Below the pieces are notes generated by a model, which was not told the DNA's origin, ran no database searches, and saw nothing but the letters and a program-made list of their open reading frames with translations. Shown piece after piece: positions 25,467 through 39,456 of a stretch of DNA of 64,000 nt (positions are counted from its first letter, which is position 1; each line of letters opens with the position of its first letter). The DNA is taken from NCBI GenBank assembly GCA_964016885.1, contig OZ024742.1, positions 352,904,001 to 352,968,000 on the forward strand, in the 5' to 3' direction. A program made the translations under genes and the position numbers. This DNA comes from Eledone cirrhosa (lineage: Eukaryota).

Positions 25467-28400
25467 CTAGCAGTAAAGCCCGGCGTTGCTCGGGGTCGCT
25501 CAGTAGCTGTGTTAAAGTTACAACGTTAAGTTTCTTTTTTGGCTTAAAAACTGTAGTGTCTACTGTGCAGACTTGCATGTGGTGTTTTTGATTAATATTC
25601 CCTCAACCAACAATATGCCTTATGAAGTTAAGAAAACAACGATAACCCGAATGTTATAACAAAAGAGGATGCTGGGGATAAAAACTGCACTGGTTATTTA
25701 TTAACAAAGATCGAAAATGTAAACACTGCAACGCAGAGAAAAACATTAGCGTAACCAAATTATCAGTTATGTCTGTCTGCACGCCTATATCACCTCTCTG
25801 CACGACTATCTGTCTGCACGCGTATATCACCTCTCTGCACGACTGTCTGTCTGCACGACTGTCTGTCTGCACGCCTAACGACGAAATATTTGCTTGTTTT
25901 ACGTAGTCTTTAAATAGACTTGTTTTCAAGTAAAAATATTGTTTTAAAATGCTTTTAAATGGAAATGAAGCAAAACGGAAGCTTAGTGTTCGAACTGATG
26001 AATTTTGCAGGTCAATATTTTGCTGGCTCGACAACTGTTCGTAGTGTCTACTGTGCAGACTTGCATGTGGTGTTTTTGATTAATATTCCCTCAACCAACA
26101 ATATGCCTTATGAAGTTAAGAAAACATAACGATAACCCGAATGTTATAACAAAAGACGATGCTGGGGATAGAAACTGCACTGGTTATTTATTAACAAAGA
26201 TCGAAAATGTAAACACTGCAACGCAGAGAAAAACATTAGCGTTACCAAATTATCAGTTATGTCTGTCTGCACGCCTATATCTACTCTCTGCACGACTGTC
26301 TGTCTGCACGCCTATATCACCTCTCTGCACGACTGTCTGTCTGCACGCCTATATCACCTCTCTGCACGACTATCTGTCTGCACGCGTATATCACCTCTCT
26401 GCACGACTGTCTGTCTGCACGCCTAACGACGAAATATTTGCTTGTTTTACGTAGTCTTTAAACAGACTTGTTTTCAAGTAAAAATATTGTTTTAAAATGC
26501 TTTTAAATGGAAATGAAGCAAAACGGAAGCTTAGTGTTCGAACTGATGAATTTTGCAGGTCAATATTTTGCTGGCTCGACAACTGTTCGTGTATTGTAAT
26601 TTTTTACGTAAGACGCTCAATGTAAACAGAACAAAGGGAAATAACTGATAACTTACGCTCAAAAATCGATACATTATATTCGATTTCGTCACATAGGGTG
26701 GGTCAATTTTAAATTTTTTTTTCCGATGTCTTCGCTAGGGCTCAATGTACAAGTATATCAATTTCGGTGCAATTCCGTGAGAGATTCTAAGAGCAGATGT
26801 GTGCCAAAAATCGATAGACAGACAGACAACCACAGTTTTATATATATAGATGTCTGTCTGCACGCCTATATCACCTCTCTGCACGACAGTCTGTCTGCAC
26901 GCCTATATCACCTCTCTGCACGACTGTCAGTCTGCACGCCTATATCACCTCTCTGCACGACTGTCTGTCTGCACGCCTATATCACCTCTCTGCACGACTG
27001 TCTGTCTGCACGCGTATATCACCTCTCTGCACGACTGTCTGTCTGCACGACTGTCTGTCTCCACGACTGTCTGTCTGCACGACTGTCTGTCTGCACGCCT
27101 AACGACGAAATATTTGCTTGTTTTACGTAGTCTTTAAATAGACTTGTTTTCAAGTAAAAATATTGTTTTAAAATGCTTTTAAATGGAAATGAAGCAAAAC
27201 GGAAGCTTAGTGTTCGAACTGATGAATTTTGCAGGTCAATATTTTGCTGGCTCGACAACTGTTCGTAGTGTCTACTGTGCAGACTTGCATGTGGTGTTTT
27301 TGATTAATATTCCCTCAACCAACAATATGCCTTATGAAGTTGAGAAAACATAACGATAACCCGAATGTTATAACAAAAGAGGATGCTGGGGATAGAAACT
27401 GCACTGGTTATTTATTAACAAAGATCGAAAATGTAAACACTGCAACGCAGAGAAAAACATTAGCGTAACCAAATTATCAGTTATGTCTGTCTGCACGCCT
27501 ATATCACCTCTCTGCACGACTGTCTGTCTGCACGCCTATATCACCTCTCTGCACGACTGTCTGTCTGCACGCCTATATCACCTCTCTGCACGACTGTCTG
27601 TCTGCACGCCTAACGACGAAATATTTGCTTGTTTTACGTAGTCTTTAAATAGACTTGTTTTCAAGTAAAAATATTGTTTTAAAATGCTTTTAAATGGAAA
27701 TGAAGCCAAACGGAAAGCCCGGCGTTGCTTGGGGTCGCTCAGTAGCTGTGTTAAAGTTACAATGTTATGTTTCTTTCTTGGTTTAAAAACTGTAGTGTCT
27801 ACTGTGCAGACTTGCATGTGGTGTTTTTTATTAATATTCCCTCAACCAACAATATGCCTTATGAAGTTAAGAAAACATAACGATAACCCGAATGTTATAA
27901 CAAAAGAGGATGCTGGGGATAGAAACTGCACTGGTTATTTATTAACAAACATCGAAAATGTAAACACTGCAACGCAGAGAAAAACATTAGCGTAACCAAA
28001 TTATCAGTTATGTCTGTCTGCACGCCTATATCACCTCTCTGCACGACTGTCTGTCTGCACGCCTATATCACCTCTCTGCACGACTGTCTGTCTGCACGCC
28101 TAACGAAATTTACAGATACATATATTTTAAATAAACTTATATAATTTTTGCTTTTTTTTACGAAATATTTGCTTGTTTTACGTAGTCTTTAAATAGACTT
28201 GTTTTCAAGTAAAAATATTGTTTTAAAATGCTTTTAAATGGAATGTATTGTGTTAATGTCATTTTAAACGCTGAGAAAGCCAGCGTAATGTTTTACGTAA
28301 GACGCTCAATGTAAACAGAACAAAGGGAAATAACTGATCACTTACGCTCAAAAATCGATACATTATATTCGATTTCGTCACATAGGGTGGGTCAATTTGA

Positions 28401-28540
28401 AACTTTTTTTTTCCGATGTCTTCGCTAGGGCTGAATGTACAAGTATAGCAGTTTCGGTGCAATTCCGTGAGAGATTCTAAGAGGAGATGTGTGCCAAATA
28501 TCGATAGACAGACAGACAACCACAGTTTTATATATATAGA
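25467..28540 (-). mobile_element. Composite non-autonomous Helitron with internal tandem duplications and a 37-bp minisatellite
   Basis: Minus 5' A|TCTATATATATAAAA..(TCTG)n at 28540; 3' hairpin CCCGAGCAACGCCGGG plus CTAG|T at 25467; no TSD. Four copies of a ~300-490-bp block and a second internal 5' end at 26850. Confidence 0.85.
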
Positions 28541-28575
28541 TATACAAACGTTTATTATTATTACTATATATATAT

Positions 28576-28654
<79 letters not shown>

Positions 28655-30114
28655 ATATTCTTTTCGTCAAATGCTGGTAGACCATGGTAATTGTCTGATG
28701 CTAACACGAGTATTATATATTATGCTGATTATATTATTACATTCATAACTAACAGACCTTGTCTCAGAATTATTATAACTGTTCAAAGAACCGTGATTCG
28801 TGTAAAGAATGCACAAAAAACTAACATTTCGAATTCTAGATTTCGTTATGCCTCATGCTGTTAAGGGAAATAGAACACCCGGCGAAACATTTGCCTCACC
28901 CTCCTTGAAAGTTTACGACATACTTCTTAATAATCATTACATTCTACTGTCTGTTTAGCAAAATTTTCAATCAGACTTCAATCTGTGAAGTCACGTATGA
29001 GTAGTTACTTGGTATATGACACTATTAGACTCCAGAGATATATTGATATTAATTATTGGTCTGAGATTTATAACAAAATATATAGAGTTTCTGTTCATTT
29101 CAAAATGTCCGTAGCAATATCTTGTTAAATTTCGTCCCAATTGTCTGATATTTTTTTCTTTATTAAATAATGTTTCGAGCTAAACGGTAATCGGAAATTA
29201 TATCAGACTGTAAATAGAAATACTTCGGAAACTACTATCATTTCGAGAAATAATGACTTATAATGATATCCCAGGGGAATATATTTCACTAAATAATTTT
29301 CAATGGTGACAACTATAAAAGGAAGCGTTACTTATAAATATAAGTACAACAATTAACACAATTATATTCTAATGTAAATTATTTCTCACAATAATTACTA
29401 CTGTAAATATATATATGTGAAAAAATACCATATAATTAAAGTAACCTAACTCTGAGGACCTATGTGCAATATTGAGCAAATGTCAATAGAATTTGCTAAA
29501 GATATTCACCCAAATTGTGAATGGCCCATGCAACTGGATATTATCTACGTATAATATTCTAGTACAAAATTAATAGTTATTTCAAGGTAGACTAAACACA
29601 AATCGAAGAAATATAAAGGTCACTTACAACATCTAAATTATATCCCACTAACTGTGGCATTCCCCGCGATAATCAATATATATATATAGCTCTTAAAACT
29701 TATGTCAAGGTTGCTAGTTATATTTCAAATTCGAAACTTTTTCCTGAGTAGTTATTGGAAAAAAAAAAAAGAAAATTGATATTTTATTCGTTAGATTTAG
29801 TTTGAGTAGTAATAATATAAAAATATTATTCATATTTGATTCGTTTGGGAGCAAACATCCTAATACCGTCATGTGTTTCAGACGACAATAATCATCCTTT
29901 TGTTCCAGCGGTAGCAGAGATAAAACTTCGACAATTGTTTTGGGGTTATTGCCGCTTGTCACTATTGTGTATTTTTCAGTTACTGTTACACACACGAACA
30001 CTTCAGAATATATAGTATTACCTAAAGAATACATCATTTTATTAGCCTTATAACCACGAAACATCTGTAGATTGTTATGTTTTCTCTGCTACCACTGTTA
30101 AAAAATATCGTTAT

Positions 30115-30228
30115 TCTGAGTTCAATCCCGCCGAGGTTAACTTTGCCTTTCATCCTTACGGGGTCGATAAAATAAAGTACCAGTGATGCACTGGGAAATT
30201 GCTGACCAGGTGCCAAAAGTAGAAAGAA
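30115..30228 (+). mobile_element. tRNA-derived SINE, 3' portion
   Basis: GAGTTCAATCCCGCCGAGGTTAACTTTGCCTTTCATCC... Confidence 0.8.
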
Positions 30229-30231
30229 GTA

Positions 30232-31084
30232 TCTATATATCTAAAACAAAGAATGTCTGTCTGTCTGTCCCTACTAAAACTTGAGGACCACCGAACCGAT
30301 TTTGTTCAAACTTAACACATGTAGTACTTATGGTCGTGTGAGTTTTCTGAGATAAACATATTTCAAATGTTCAATGCCGAGAGACCGCATTAGGCGAACA
30401 ATCGCTTATTTTACGCTTTAAAGGCTTTTTTAAGACATAACGGAAAAATAATCCAGGTGATTTCTTCAAAATTTGCATTATTTATGTTGTTTAAAGTGTT
30501 TTAAGCCAAAAAAGGTTTCTCATTTTTTGCCACAGGGAGAGTATCAAGTGAAAAACCGATTTTTAAAAGCATTTTGGTTGCGTTAAGGCCTGTAACTCGA
30601 GAAGTACCCAACCCAAACTTTGCATATGCATTTCTTATGTTTCACAAATATTCTTGACTGAAAATGATTTAAAATATTTTCCCGGGGACCGCATTGTTTA
30701 GTATTTTGGTTGCGTTCGGGCCTGTACCCTTAAAAGTATCCTACTAAATTCCTTCATGCTTTCCACCTCTGCAGTCACACATACTTACTACTCTGTAACT
30801 ATTGCTTTCATTGTACCATAGCACAACAAATACATGTTCGGTTTGTCGAATGTTTTTTTACTTAACCCTATCGTCTTAGCTTTCGTGGCTTGAACATTTT
30901 AATCTCAGGCACCCAATTAATTTAAACCCCTGGTAATCTGCGACAATTTTGTTTTACAAGCACAAAATGTAGACACCATCCCCAGGCCGAGGTATTCCGT
31001 ACTTCCCTGTACTGTTTCAGAGAGGAGGGATAAACATGCCAATCTATTTTTAGAATCCCGAGTAACGCCGGGCCATTCTGCTAG
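30232..31084 (+). mobile_element. Non-autonomous Helitron
   Basis: 5' A|TCTATATATCTAAAA..(GTCT)n; 3' CCCGAGTAACGCCGGG hairpin plus CTAG. A related minus-strand fragment lies at ~265-385. Confidence 0.8.
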
Positions 31085-31452
31085 ATGGATATAAATTTCA
31101 CGAATAAATTTACATATCCTATATGTTGGAGTAAAAACAAAATTTGTTTATTAATTTAATAGATCTCTTGTAGAATATTTTGATCGAAACAGCGATACAG
31201 TTGTTTTATCATAGCACGAACTCTATTCCTTTAATCTCGATTTCCTATGGCGACCAAATATGACGATCGACTGTTTCCGAAACAGCCTAAGAAATATATT
31301 CCGTTCTCGGAAACACTTAGTTGTTCGATAATACCAATTAATTACTTTATATAAGCTTGGAATGACATCAGTTTGGAATATTCAAATATTCGCTCTTTAT
31401 GCCATACTGTGTTATTTTACTTCGTTTAAATGCACTCTTTATATATCTAAAT

Positions 31453-33542
31453 ATCATCATCATCATCATCATCACCGTTTTACGTCTGTTCTTCCACGCT
31501 AGCATGGGTTAGACGGGTTGTCCTGTTGAGGGCAGTTTCTGGTCGGCTGACCATGTCTTGCTCATAAAGGAACTGATTTTGACTTGATTTCTACAGCTGG
31601 ATGCCCTTCCTAACACCAACCTCATTTACAGTGAGTGCTGGGTGCTTTTTCGTGGCGCCTACACGTCAACTTTACAGTGTGAGCTGGGTGCTTTTTGCCG
31701 TGGCACCTCCACGACCAACTTGCAGTGGGAGCGTGTGGGTGCATATTGTCTATATGCTTCAGCTTGTACCCATGGGAGGTCGGGTACTCTGTATTACTGC
31801 GTGACGCCAGAGGTCACGGTCGTGTGTCATCGCCTTTGAGATGTGTAATTGGGTAAGGTCGGCTTTTATCACCTCATCCCAGTTCTTCTTGGGTCTCCCC
31901 ACTCCGCGGTTTCCATCGAGTTCTAGTGCTCTGAACCTTTTTATGCAGCTGTCATCCTTCATACGCATCACATGTCCATACCAACGCAACCGCCTCTCCT
32001 GCACACAGCATTTGATTCCTGTTATGCACCGTCTCTCTCTCAATTCATTTATGCTTTGTCGTTCGCGTATATTACATATGGCTTACGTATATTACACATC
32101 CATCGGAGCACGCAGGCTTCGTTTCTCTCTAATCTACGTAAGTCTTCCACCTTCAGCGCCCAGGTCTCACTACCATGTAACATTGTTGTTCGGATACACG
32201 CATCATACAGTCTGCCATTCATTTTGAGGGAGAAGCCTTTTGCAGCCAGCAGTTGCAGTAGTTCCCTGAACTTCTTAATTAAGCTTCCTCAGATTCCGCT
32301 ACAACTCTTGTGTACCCATTGTTTGCATTTGGGGCAGATAATGGAGTTCCTACCTACACCTTTCCTACATACTGAGCAATGCCATTTCTCTGAGGGGATC
32401 TGGGTTGTTTTCTCGTCTACTTACATGGATTATTAGTCTTTGTCATGTTGACTTTGAGACCCTTTCTTTCTAGGCCATACTTCCAAGTTTGGAATTTCTT
32501 CTCTAGTTCTACCATAGATTCAGCTATAAGTGCGAGGTCATCAGCATACATGAGTTCCCATGAGCATCCGGTCTTAAACTCCTCCGTTATTGCATGCAGG
32601 ACTATGATGAACAGGAGAGGGCTAAGAACAGAGCCCTGGTGGACACCAACCTGTACGCTAAATTCCTCGCTATACTCATTGCTAATTCTAACTTTGCTGA
32701 CTGCTCCCCTATACATGGCTTGTACAGCTTTCACAAGCCATTCATCTACTCCTAGTTTTCTAAGAGCCCCCCAGATTACAGCACGTGGAACTCTGTCAAA
32801 GGCTTTCTCGAGATCGCCGAATGACAGGTAGAGTGGCTTACGTTTAGCTAGGTACTTTTCCAGTAACTGCCTCACAAGGAAGAGGGCATCAGTGGTGCCT
32901 CTTCCTGGTACAAACCCAAATTGCATCTCATCTAGTTTCACCCGGCCCTAATCAACTGTGCTATAACTCTTTCTGTTACTTTCATGACCTGATCCATCAG
33001 CTTTACACCTCTATAGTTTCCTCTATCTAGTGCATCACCTTTACCTTTGTAGCAGTTTGCAATGATGCTACTGAACCAATCTTTTGGTATGACACCTTCT
33101 AGTATTACCTGGTTAACAATACGTGTGCTTATAGTGTGACCTACAGACCCAGATGCCTTCAGCATCTCGGCAGCTATACCCGATGGACCGGTTGCCTTTC
33201 CCATATTCATATCTTTGATTGCCTTACTTACTACGCTGCTGCTGACGTGTACTGCTGGCCCCTCTATAGGGTCTACTTGGGGTAGGGTCTCTTCTTCCCA
33301 TGCATTCTTCTCATTTAGTAATTTATCATAATGGCTCTTCCATGTATCTTTCTTCTCAGCACTTGTGAGGGCAAGCTCACCTTTATCATTCCGGATAGAC
33401 TTCTCTCCAATGATATCACAATTCTCTCTGACACACTGCCTCGCAATCTTGATCACCTCCTGTTTCTGGTCCTCACGTTGCAAAACATGCTTGAATTGTC
33501 TATCCTCTGCTTCCCTCCTAGCTAAGTATACTTGTCGGCTAG
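31453..33542 (-). mobile_element. 5'-truncated RTE-clade LINE, reverse transcriptase pseudogene with 3' UTR and (GAT)n tail
   Basis: KATGPSGI, YKGKGDALDRGNYRG, QFGFVPGRGTTDA, DLEKAFDRVP, GVHQGSVLSPLLF, YADD, RRLRWYGHVMR, GRPKKNW. Frameshifted. Confidence 0.95.
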
Positions 33543-34040
33543 CTTAAATATATTAATTATAATTAGCTTTGCAACATATATGAGGATGTGAGATATTAAA
33601 GATACATTACATTCATAAGTAGATTATAAAATGTTATGAACCGAAATCTTAATTTTTGTTATTGTCACAAATTTGTCTGAATATATACTAGTTTAAACTA
33701 ATTTCAACTTAAAGAATTTCGGGTATTTAGCTAAATTTATAATTGAATAAATTCATTTGCTGATATATCATTTTTTGTATTTGAGCTACGTAGATAAGGA
33801 TCATGTAAACAATATTTTGTTAGTTATTGCTATATTAATAATTGTCATCTCTGTCGAATGAAGGTTTTATTTCAATCTTAACACATTACATGATATATAT
33901 TATACACTCTACCTATGTACTCTTAAGTTTTCGTGTGATAACCACATAGAAGTCAAGTAGTTTGGACCTAATCAAATGTCTTTTGATTCTATCTCTCTAA
34001 ATATATATATTATTACATGTCCCCCTCCACACTATTTACC

Positions 34041-35124
34041 TATTAATGACACAGTTACTCTGGTGGCATATGTTATATTAATGATACAGTTACTCTGGTG
34101 GCATATGTTATATTAATGATACAGTTACTCTGGTGGCATATGTTATATTAATGATACAGTTACTCTAGTGGCATATGTTATATTAATGATACAGTTACTC
34201 TAGTGGCATATGTTATATTAATGATACAGTTACTCTGGTGGCATATGTTATATTAATGATACAGTTACTCTGGTGGCATATGTTATATTAATGATACAGT
34301 TACTCTGGTGGCATATGTTATATTAATGATACAGTTACTCTGGTGGCATATGTTATATTAATGATACAGTTACTCTGGTGGCATATGTTATATTAATGAT
34401 ACAGTTACTCTGGTGGCATATGTTATATTAATGATACAGTTACTCTGGTGGCATATGTTATATTAATGATACAGTTACTCTGGTGGCATATGTTATATTA
34501 ATGATACAGTTACTCTGGTGGCATATGTTATATTAATGATACAGTTACTCTGGTGGCATATGTTATATTAATGATACAGTTACTCTGGTGGCATATGTTA
34601 TATTAATGATACAGTTACTCTGGTGGCATATGTTATATTAATGATACAGTTACTCTGGTGGCATATGTTATATTAATGATACAGTTACTCTAGTGGCATA
34701 TGTTATATTAATGATACAGTTACTCTGGTGGCATATGTTATATTAATGATACAGTTACTCTGGTGGCATATGTTATATTAATGATACAGTTACTCTGGTG
34801 GCATATGTTATATTAATGATACAGTTACTCTGGTGGCATATGTTATATTAATGATACAGTTACTCTGGTGGCATATGTTATATTAATGATACAGTTACTC
34901 TGGTGGCATATGTTATATTAATGATACAGTTACTCTGGTGGCATATGTTATATTAATGATACAGTTACTCTGGTGGCATATGTTATATTAATGATACAGT
35001 TACTCTGGTGGCATATGTTATATTAATGATACAGTTACTCTGGTGGCATATGTTATATTAATGATACAGTTACTCTGGTGGCATATGTTATATTAATGAT
35101 ACAGTTACTCTGGTGGCATATGTT
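34041..35124. repeat. Minisatellite, 35-bp unit x31
   Basis: TATTAATGATACAGTTACTCTGGTGGCATATGTTA repeated head-to-tail, nearly invariant, with no spacers. Confidence 0.97.
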
Positions 35125-35654
35125 GACCGGGTTTGTTCTTTAAAAGTGTTTTAAGTAAGATGAAAATATAACTATTTCGAAAGTTGCCGCAGTGTATCAA
35201 GGAACTATATATGTCTCTTGTATTATTGTATGAGGTTACAGAGATGTATCTAATGTATTGTCCGTAGTTAGATGCTGAACACACATACATTAAATATCCC
35301 AGATATGACTTTGAATTTGTTAGAAATATATGAGTGTAGGATGTTCAATGTAAAATGTACGTCCATTTGTCTGGGAAATAGTATGCTATAAGATCTATAG
35401 GAGTGAACCATGTTCGGGGAACCATTAAACGCAAAGATAAGTATTTATTATTCCAGACTCCCACATTTATGGTATAAGGTAGTCACGTAACTCCTGATGG
35501 AGTCAGAGTGGAGCCGTAGTGACATCCAACGTTTCTTCGAATATTTAAGTCTAGTGGGGCCCATCCCTTTCCAGATCTGAACAAACAGATTTCTTCCAGA
35601 GTAGAGTAGCAAGTAAGACAAAAATATATAGAAATTATTGATCACAATACTAGA

Positions 35655-35797
35655 CTGGTAATTTTTTTTTATCAACCTCGCAAGGACGAACAGCTAAGTT
35701 GTCCTCTACGAGATTTGAACTTAGAGAGCAGGTAGCCAGAAAGAATACCGCAAAGTGTTATATCCCATGTTCCATTGACTCTGTCAAATCGCCGCCT
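35655..35797 (-). mobile_element. Degenerate tRNA-derived SINE
   Basis: Weak similarity to 1294-1486 (ttttatcaacc..gatttgaact..ccgcc). Confidence 0.5.
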
Positions 35798-36744
35798 ATA
35801 TATATGTAAATATAAACAAAAGAAGCAAATATATGAAGACGTATGTAATACATGTCTATATGTGTATATGTGTATTATATTGATATTCTTCGTTTGTTAT
35901 TTTATTATTTCCCTTGTTAGTCTATAAAGTAGTGTTATTCGCATTGGCTCTCGGTGATGTTACCTCATATGACTACATTGAATGGAATGTTTGATCAGTT
36001 TTAAGACATCTTCATCGTTTTAGTCTTATATCAATATAATGTGTAAAATGTGTTTTTCAGAATCCAGCTTCTAAGAATGGTCCTTATATTGGCTTAATAA
36101 ATAACACGATAATATCATTCCTATAACATATTTTAATGCATTGCATATATATCTTTCCTGTCTGAATATTTTTTAGTTTTGCTTTACATTTTAGCATTTA
36201 TTTTTTCATGAATATATTGCTTTGAAAATCTACTCGGTTTCACCGATATATATATATATTTTCTTATTACTGTAATAAATAATTTTGTAGGGAGTAATTC
36301 GATGAATTTTGTATCCGTAGGTATTTTTAAAAAGTGTTTGACCAAATCCTTATAAAGGAATGCTTTATCTCACCTATAGGCTCACGTGCATGATGTAAAA
36401 TATAATCATATTTGATTAGTTTGAATCATCTATCGTGTCCATCTAATATTGATTTCTTTTATGCATTATTTACAGGTTGAATATCATTTTAATATAATCA
36501 ACTAGAAATGGGGCGCAGAGTATTTGAAGCTATTGGAGTGCTGCCTATTATATGGTTTACTGGTGATCGACATGATTAAGAAGGGTCATTTCTCAGATTT
36601 CTGGACTTTTAAATTACCTACTGTGTGCATAGGTTACTCTTTGAAGAGTGTTATAGAAATGAACGTGTCTTGTATACATTAGGTGTTGTAAAGACCAGAG
36701 TATATTGTTCTCGAAAGAGTGTACTTACGCGACATTAGGAAAAT

Positions 36745-36815
<71 letters not shown>

Positions 36816-36897
36816 GGCGTTGAGTTTTATTGTAGCACAATAAAGCAATGCAAATATCGGATAAGTAGCACTCTACAATTTGTAGGACTGGAGTATA

Positions 36898-38922
36898 AAT
36901 AATATAAGATCAAAATATGCTTAAAAGAGTTCCAAGTATTTTATTATGCGCATTTCAAAAACAATTATCATCATGAGATGATATCTGCGTTTTCATCAGA
37001 TAAAATAGGGATACATGATATGAAGGTTAAAAAACACTTCTGAATAGTGAAGTTTTAAATCAGCATATGAAAGATAATTTAAGATTGATGTGATATTTGG
37101 AAAAAGTGAGGGTGGGGTTGGAAAGGGTAAGGAAGAAGAGGAGATGAGAGTAAAGAATGGTGGGGGAGGATTATAAGAAGGAAGGGTGAGAGAGGAGGAG
37201 AGTTGGGTGATAGAGAGAGAGAGATACCCTTTACAACTGAGAAAAATATATATTGTCTAACAGAGAGATGTTAAAAAGCCGATGGAAGATAATAGATCAT
37301 TTAAAAGAATTTGAAATTAAAAGTTGATGAAGAGAAAAAGGGGTTAAGAATAATATTAAATTAAGGTTTGTATATTGAAAGGTTTAATAATATGTGCGAG
37401 GAAAAGAAATTGTTAATATGTATTATTAAAATAAAAAAAATATTTATGTTATTAAGGATATAATGTGAAAAGAAGTAGAAGAGTGGATGAGTTATGAATT
37501 TAGAGGAATTAGTTAGTGTTTAAGTTTGTTTTTATGTAATGTGATATGTGTGCGTAATATATGTAAATAGGTTGTTTTAAAAGTTTTATTCTGCCTCTCC
37601 CTACTTGAATGCCTCCCTATCCAGAACGTGTAATCTTTGCCTATCTGAGAAATTCACCATTATATCTAATTTGAATTCTATAATAAATAGACGCACTGAT
37701 TTATTTTCTCTCTGCTTGCATAAATTCCACAAAATATTCCATAAAGTATACAGCTAATATCTAATACCTCACTAGTTTAAAGTCCTTTTTCTCAAAGCTT
37801 ATATATATATTTTGTAAATATACCCATCTTTCTACCTTATTTCAGTATTATTTATTATATATTATATAATACAAGTTACTCATTATATACCATTCCTCTT
37901 ATTCACTTTCCTTTCTTCCTCTTTTCTTTTTTCTTTTTAATTTCTAACCTCTAATCTGTACTTTTTTTTCTAACAACTTCTCAATTCTTATTATTACTCA
38001 CTGCAACATATCCACTCTTCGATCTTTCTTCATATCATTGGCCATACAAATTATTATTATCTGTTAAATACATTATAGTATTACCTTTAATAGTCCTTCG
38101 TAAACATAAACATTTTTTGACGCTAGATTGTTCTTCCTTAAATTCCTTATCTCTTCCTTTCATGCTCGTTTGACTTTTACATATTACATATTACAATACA
38201 TAAACACAAACTTAAACCCTAACTAATTTCCTTTAATATATTATATTATTACCATTAGAAAATATTTCGTAAACATATATATTTTTTTATGTTAGATATT
38301 TTCTTCCTTAAGCATTCTTTTCTTCTTTGCTTTCTGCGCTCATTTTTAAGGAAACTATTTACATATATTACATCCGTAATAACATTAATATTTTAATTTT
38401 AATAATACATAGTAACAATTTCTTTTCCTCACACATATTATTAAACCCTTCAATATACAAACCTTAATTTAAAATTATTCTTAACCCCTTTTTCTCTTCA
38501 TCAACTTTTAATTTCAAATTCTTTAAAATTATCTATTATCTTCCAACGGCTTTTTAACTTCTCACTGTTCGACAATATATATTTTCTCAGTTGTAAAGGC
38601 TATATCTCTCTCTCTATCACCCATCTATCCTCCTCTCTCATCCTTCCTTATTATACTCCTCCCCCTCCATTCTTTACTGTCATCTCCTCCTCTACCTTAC
38701 CCTTTCAACCACCACCCTCACTTTTTTCCTAATATCACACATCAATCTTAAATTTTTTTTCATATGTTGATTTAAAACTTCACTATTCACAAGTGTTTTT
38801 TAACCTTCATTTCATGTATCCCTATTTTATCTGATCAAAACGCAGATATCATCTCAACATATATTTGTTTTTGAAATGCGCGTAATAAAATACTTGGAAC
38901 TCTTTTAACCATCTTTTGATCT

Positions 38923-38930
<8 letters not shown>
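36898..38930 (+). mobile_element. Truncated PLE (endonuclease C-terminus 37590-37757 plus 3' region) preceded by a long inverted copy of its own 3' region
   Basis: 37590-37757 encodes ..RTCNLCLSEKFTIISNLNSIINRRTDLFSLCLHKFHKIFHKVYS*, close to the end of ORF 62748-63653. 36898-37460 is a diverged reverse complement of 38375-38930. Confidence 0.9.
36937..37007 (-). ncRNA. Type I hammerhead ribozyme (mirror copy at 38823-38892 has CTGATCA)
   Basis: tattttat-CTGATGA-aaac...gtttt t-GAAA-tgcgca-TA-ataaaata. 8-bp stem I and palindromic stem III. Confidence 0.78.
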
Positions 38931-38997
<67 letters not shown>

Positions 38998-39016
38998 AGT
39001 GTGTGTGTGTGTGTGT

Positions 39017-39359
39017 GGCTGATGGTAGCTAAGATGCTTCCATAGGCGGTATTCCGGTTGAACACTCAATGCTCTTACAGAGCAGAGTATGATAGAATAG
39101 AAAAAGAAATATCAGTGATGCATCTGAACCCAATTTATTGTGTTACAATTGTTTCGCCGGCCGACACCTCGAGATGTGATCATTGTATGGATCTGTCTAA
39201 TTCTGGACCCACATGTTCGACGGACACGTATAATTATTTCGGAGCATACTCTCTCACTGAGAGAATATGCTCCACACAATGATCGCGTCTCGATTCGTCC
39301 GCCGGGGAAACAATTGTAACACACAATAAATTGAGTTCAGACGTATCACTGATTTTTCG

Positions 39360-39365
<6 letters not shown>
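39017..39365. repeat. Fold-back repeat family with HHR-derived arms (other copies at 52155-52415 and 60373-60640)
   Basis: Shared start tagctaagatgcttccatagg. Inverted arms 39107-39161 and 39301-39357 contain GAAACAATTGTAACAC. Confidence 0.75.

Positions 39366-39456
<91 letters not shown>

Noticed and set aside
25654-27995. Repeated ORFs (MSSQQNIDLQ..., MKLRKHNDNP...) as a tandem gene family
   Set aside because: They lie within duplicated blocks of a non-autonomous Helitron, have variable ends and show no recognisable domain.
29714-30064. 116-aa minus-strand ORF as a host CDS
   Set aside because: No recognisable domain; splice-like sites alone are insufficient.
34041-35124. CRISPR-like 35-bp repeats
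   Set aside because: The units are contiguous with no spacers, there are no cas genes, and the context is eukaryotic.
36476-36720. Possible host exon after a tttacag acceptor
   Set aside because: The frames I read contain stops and there is no recognisable protein motif.
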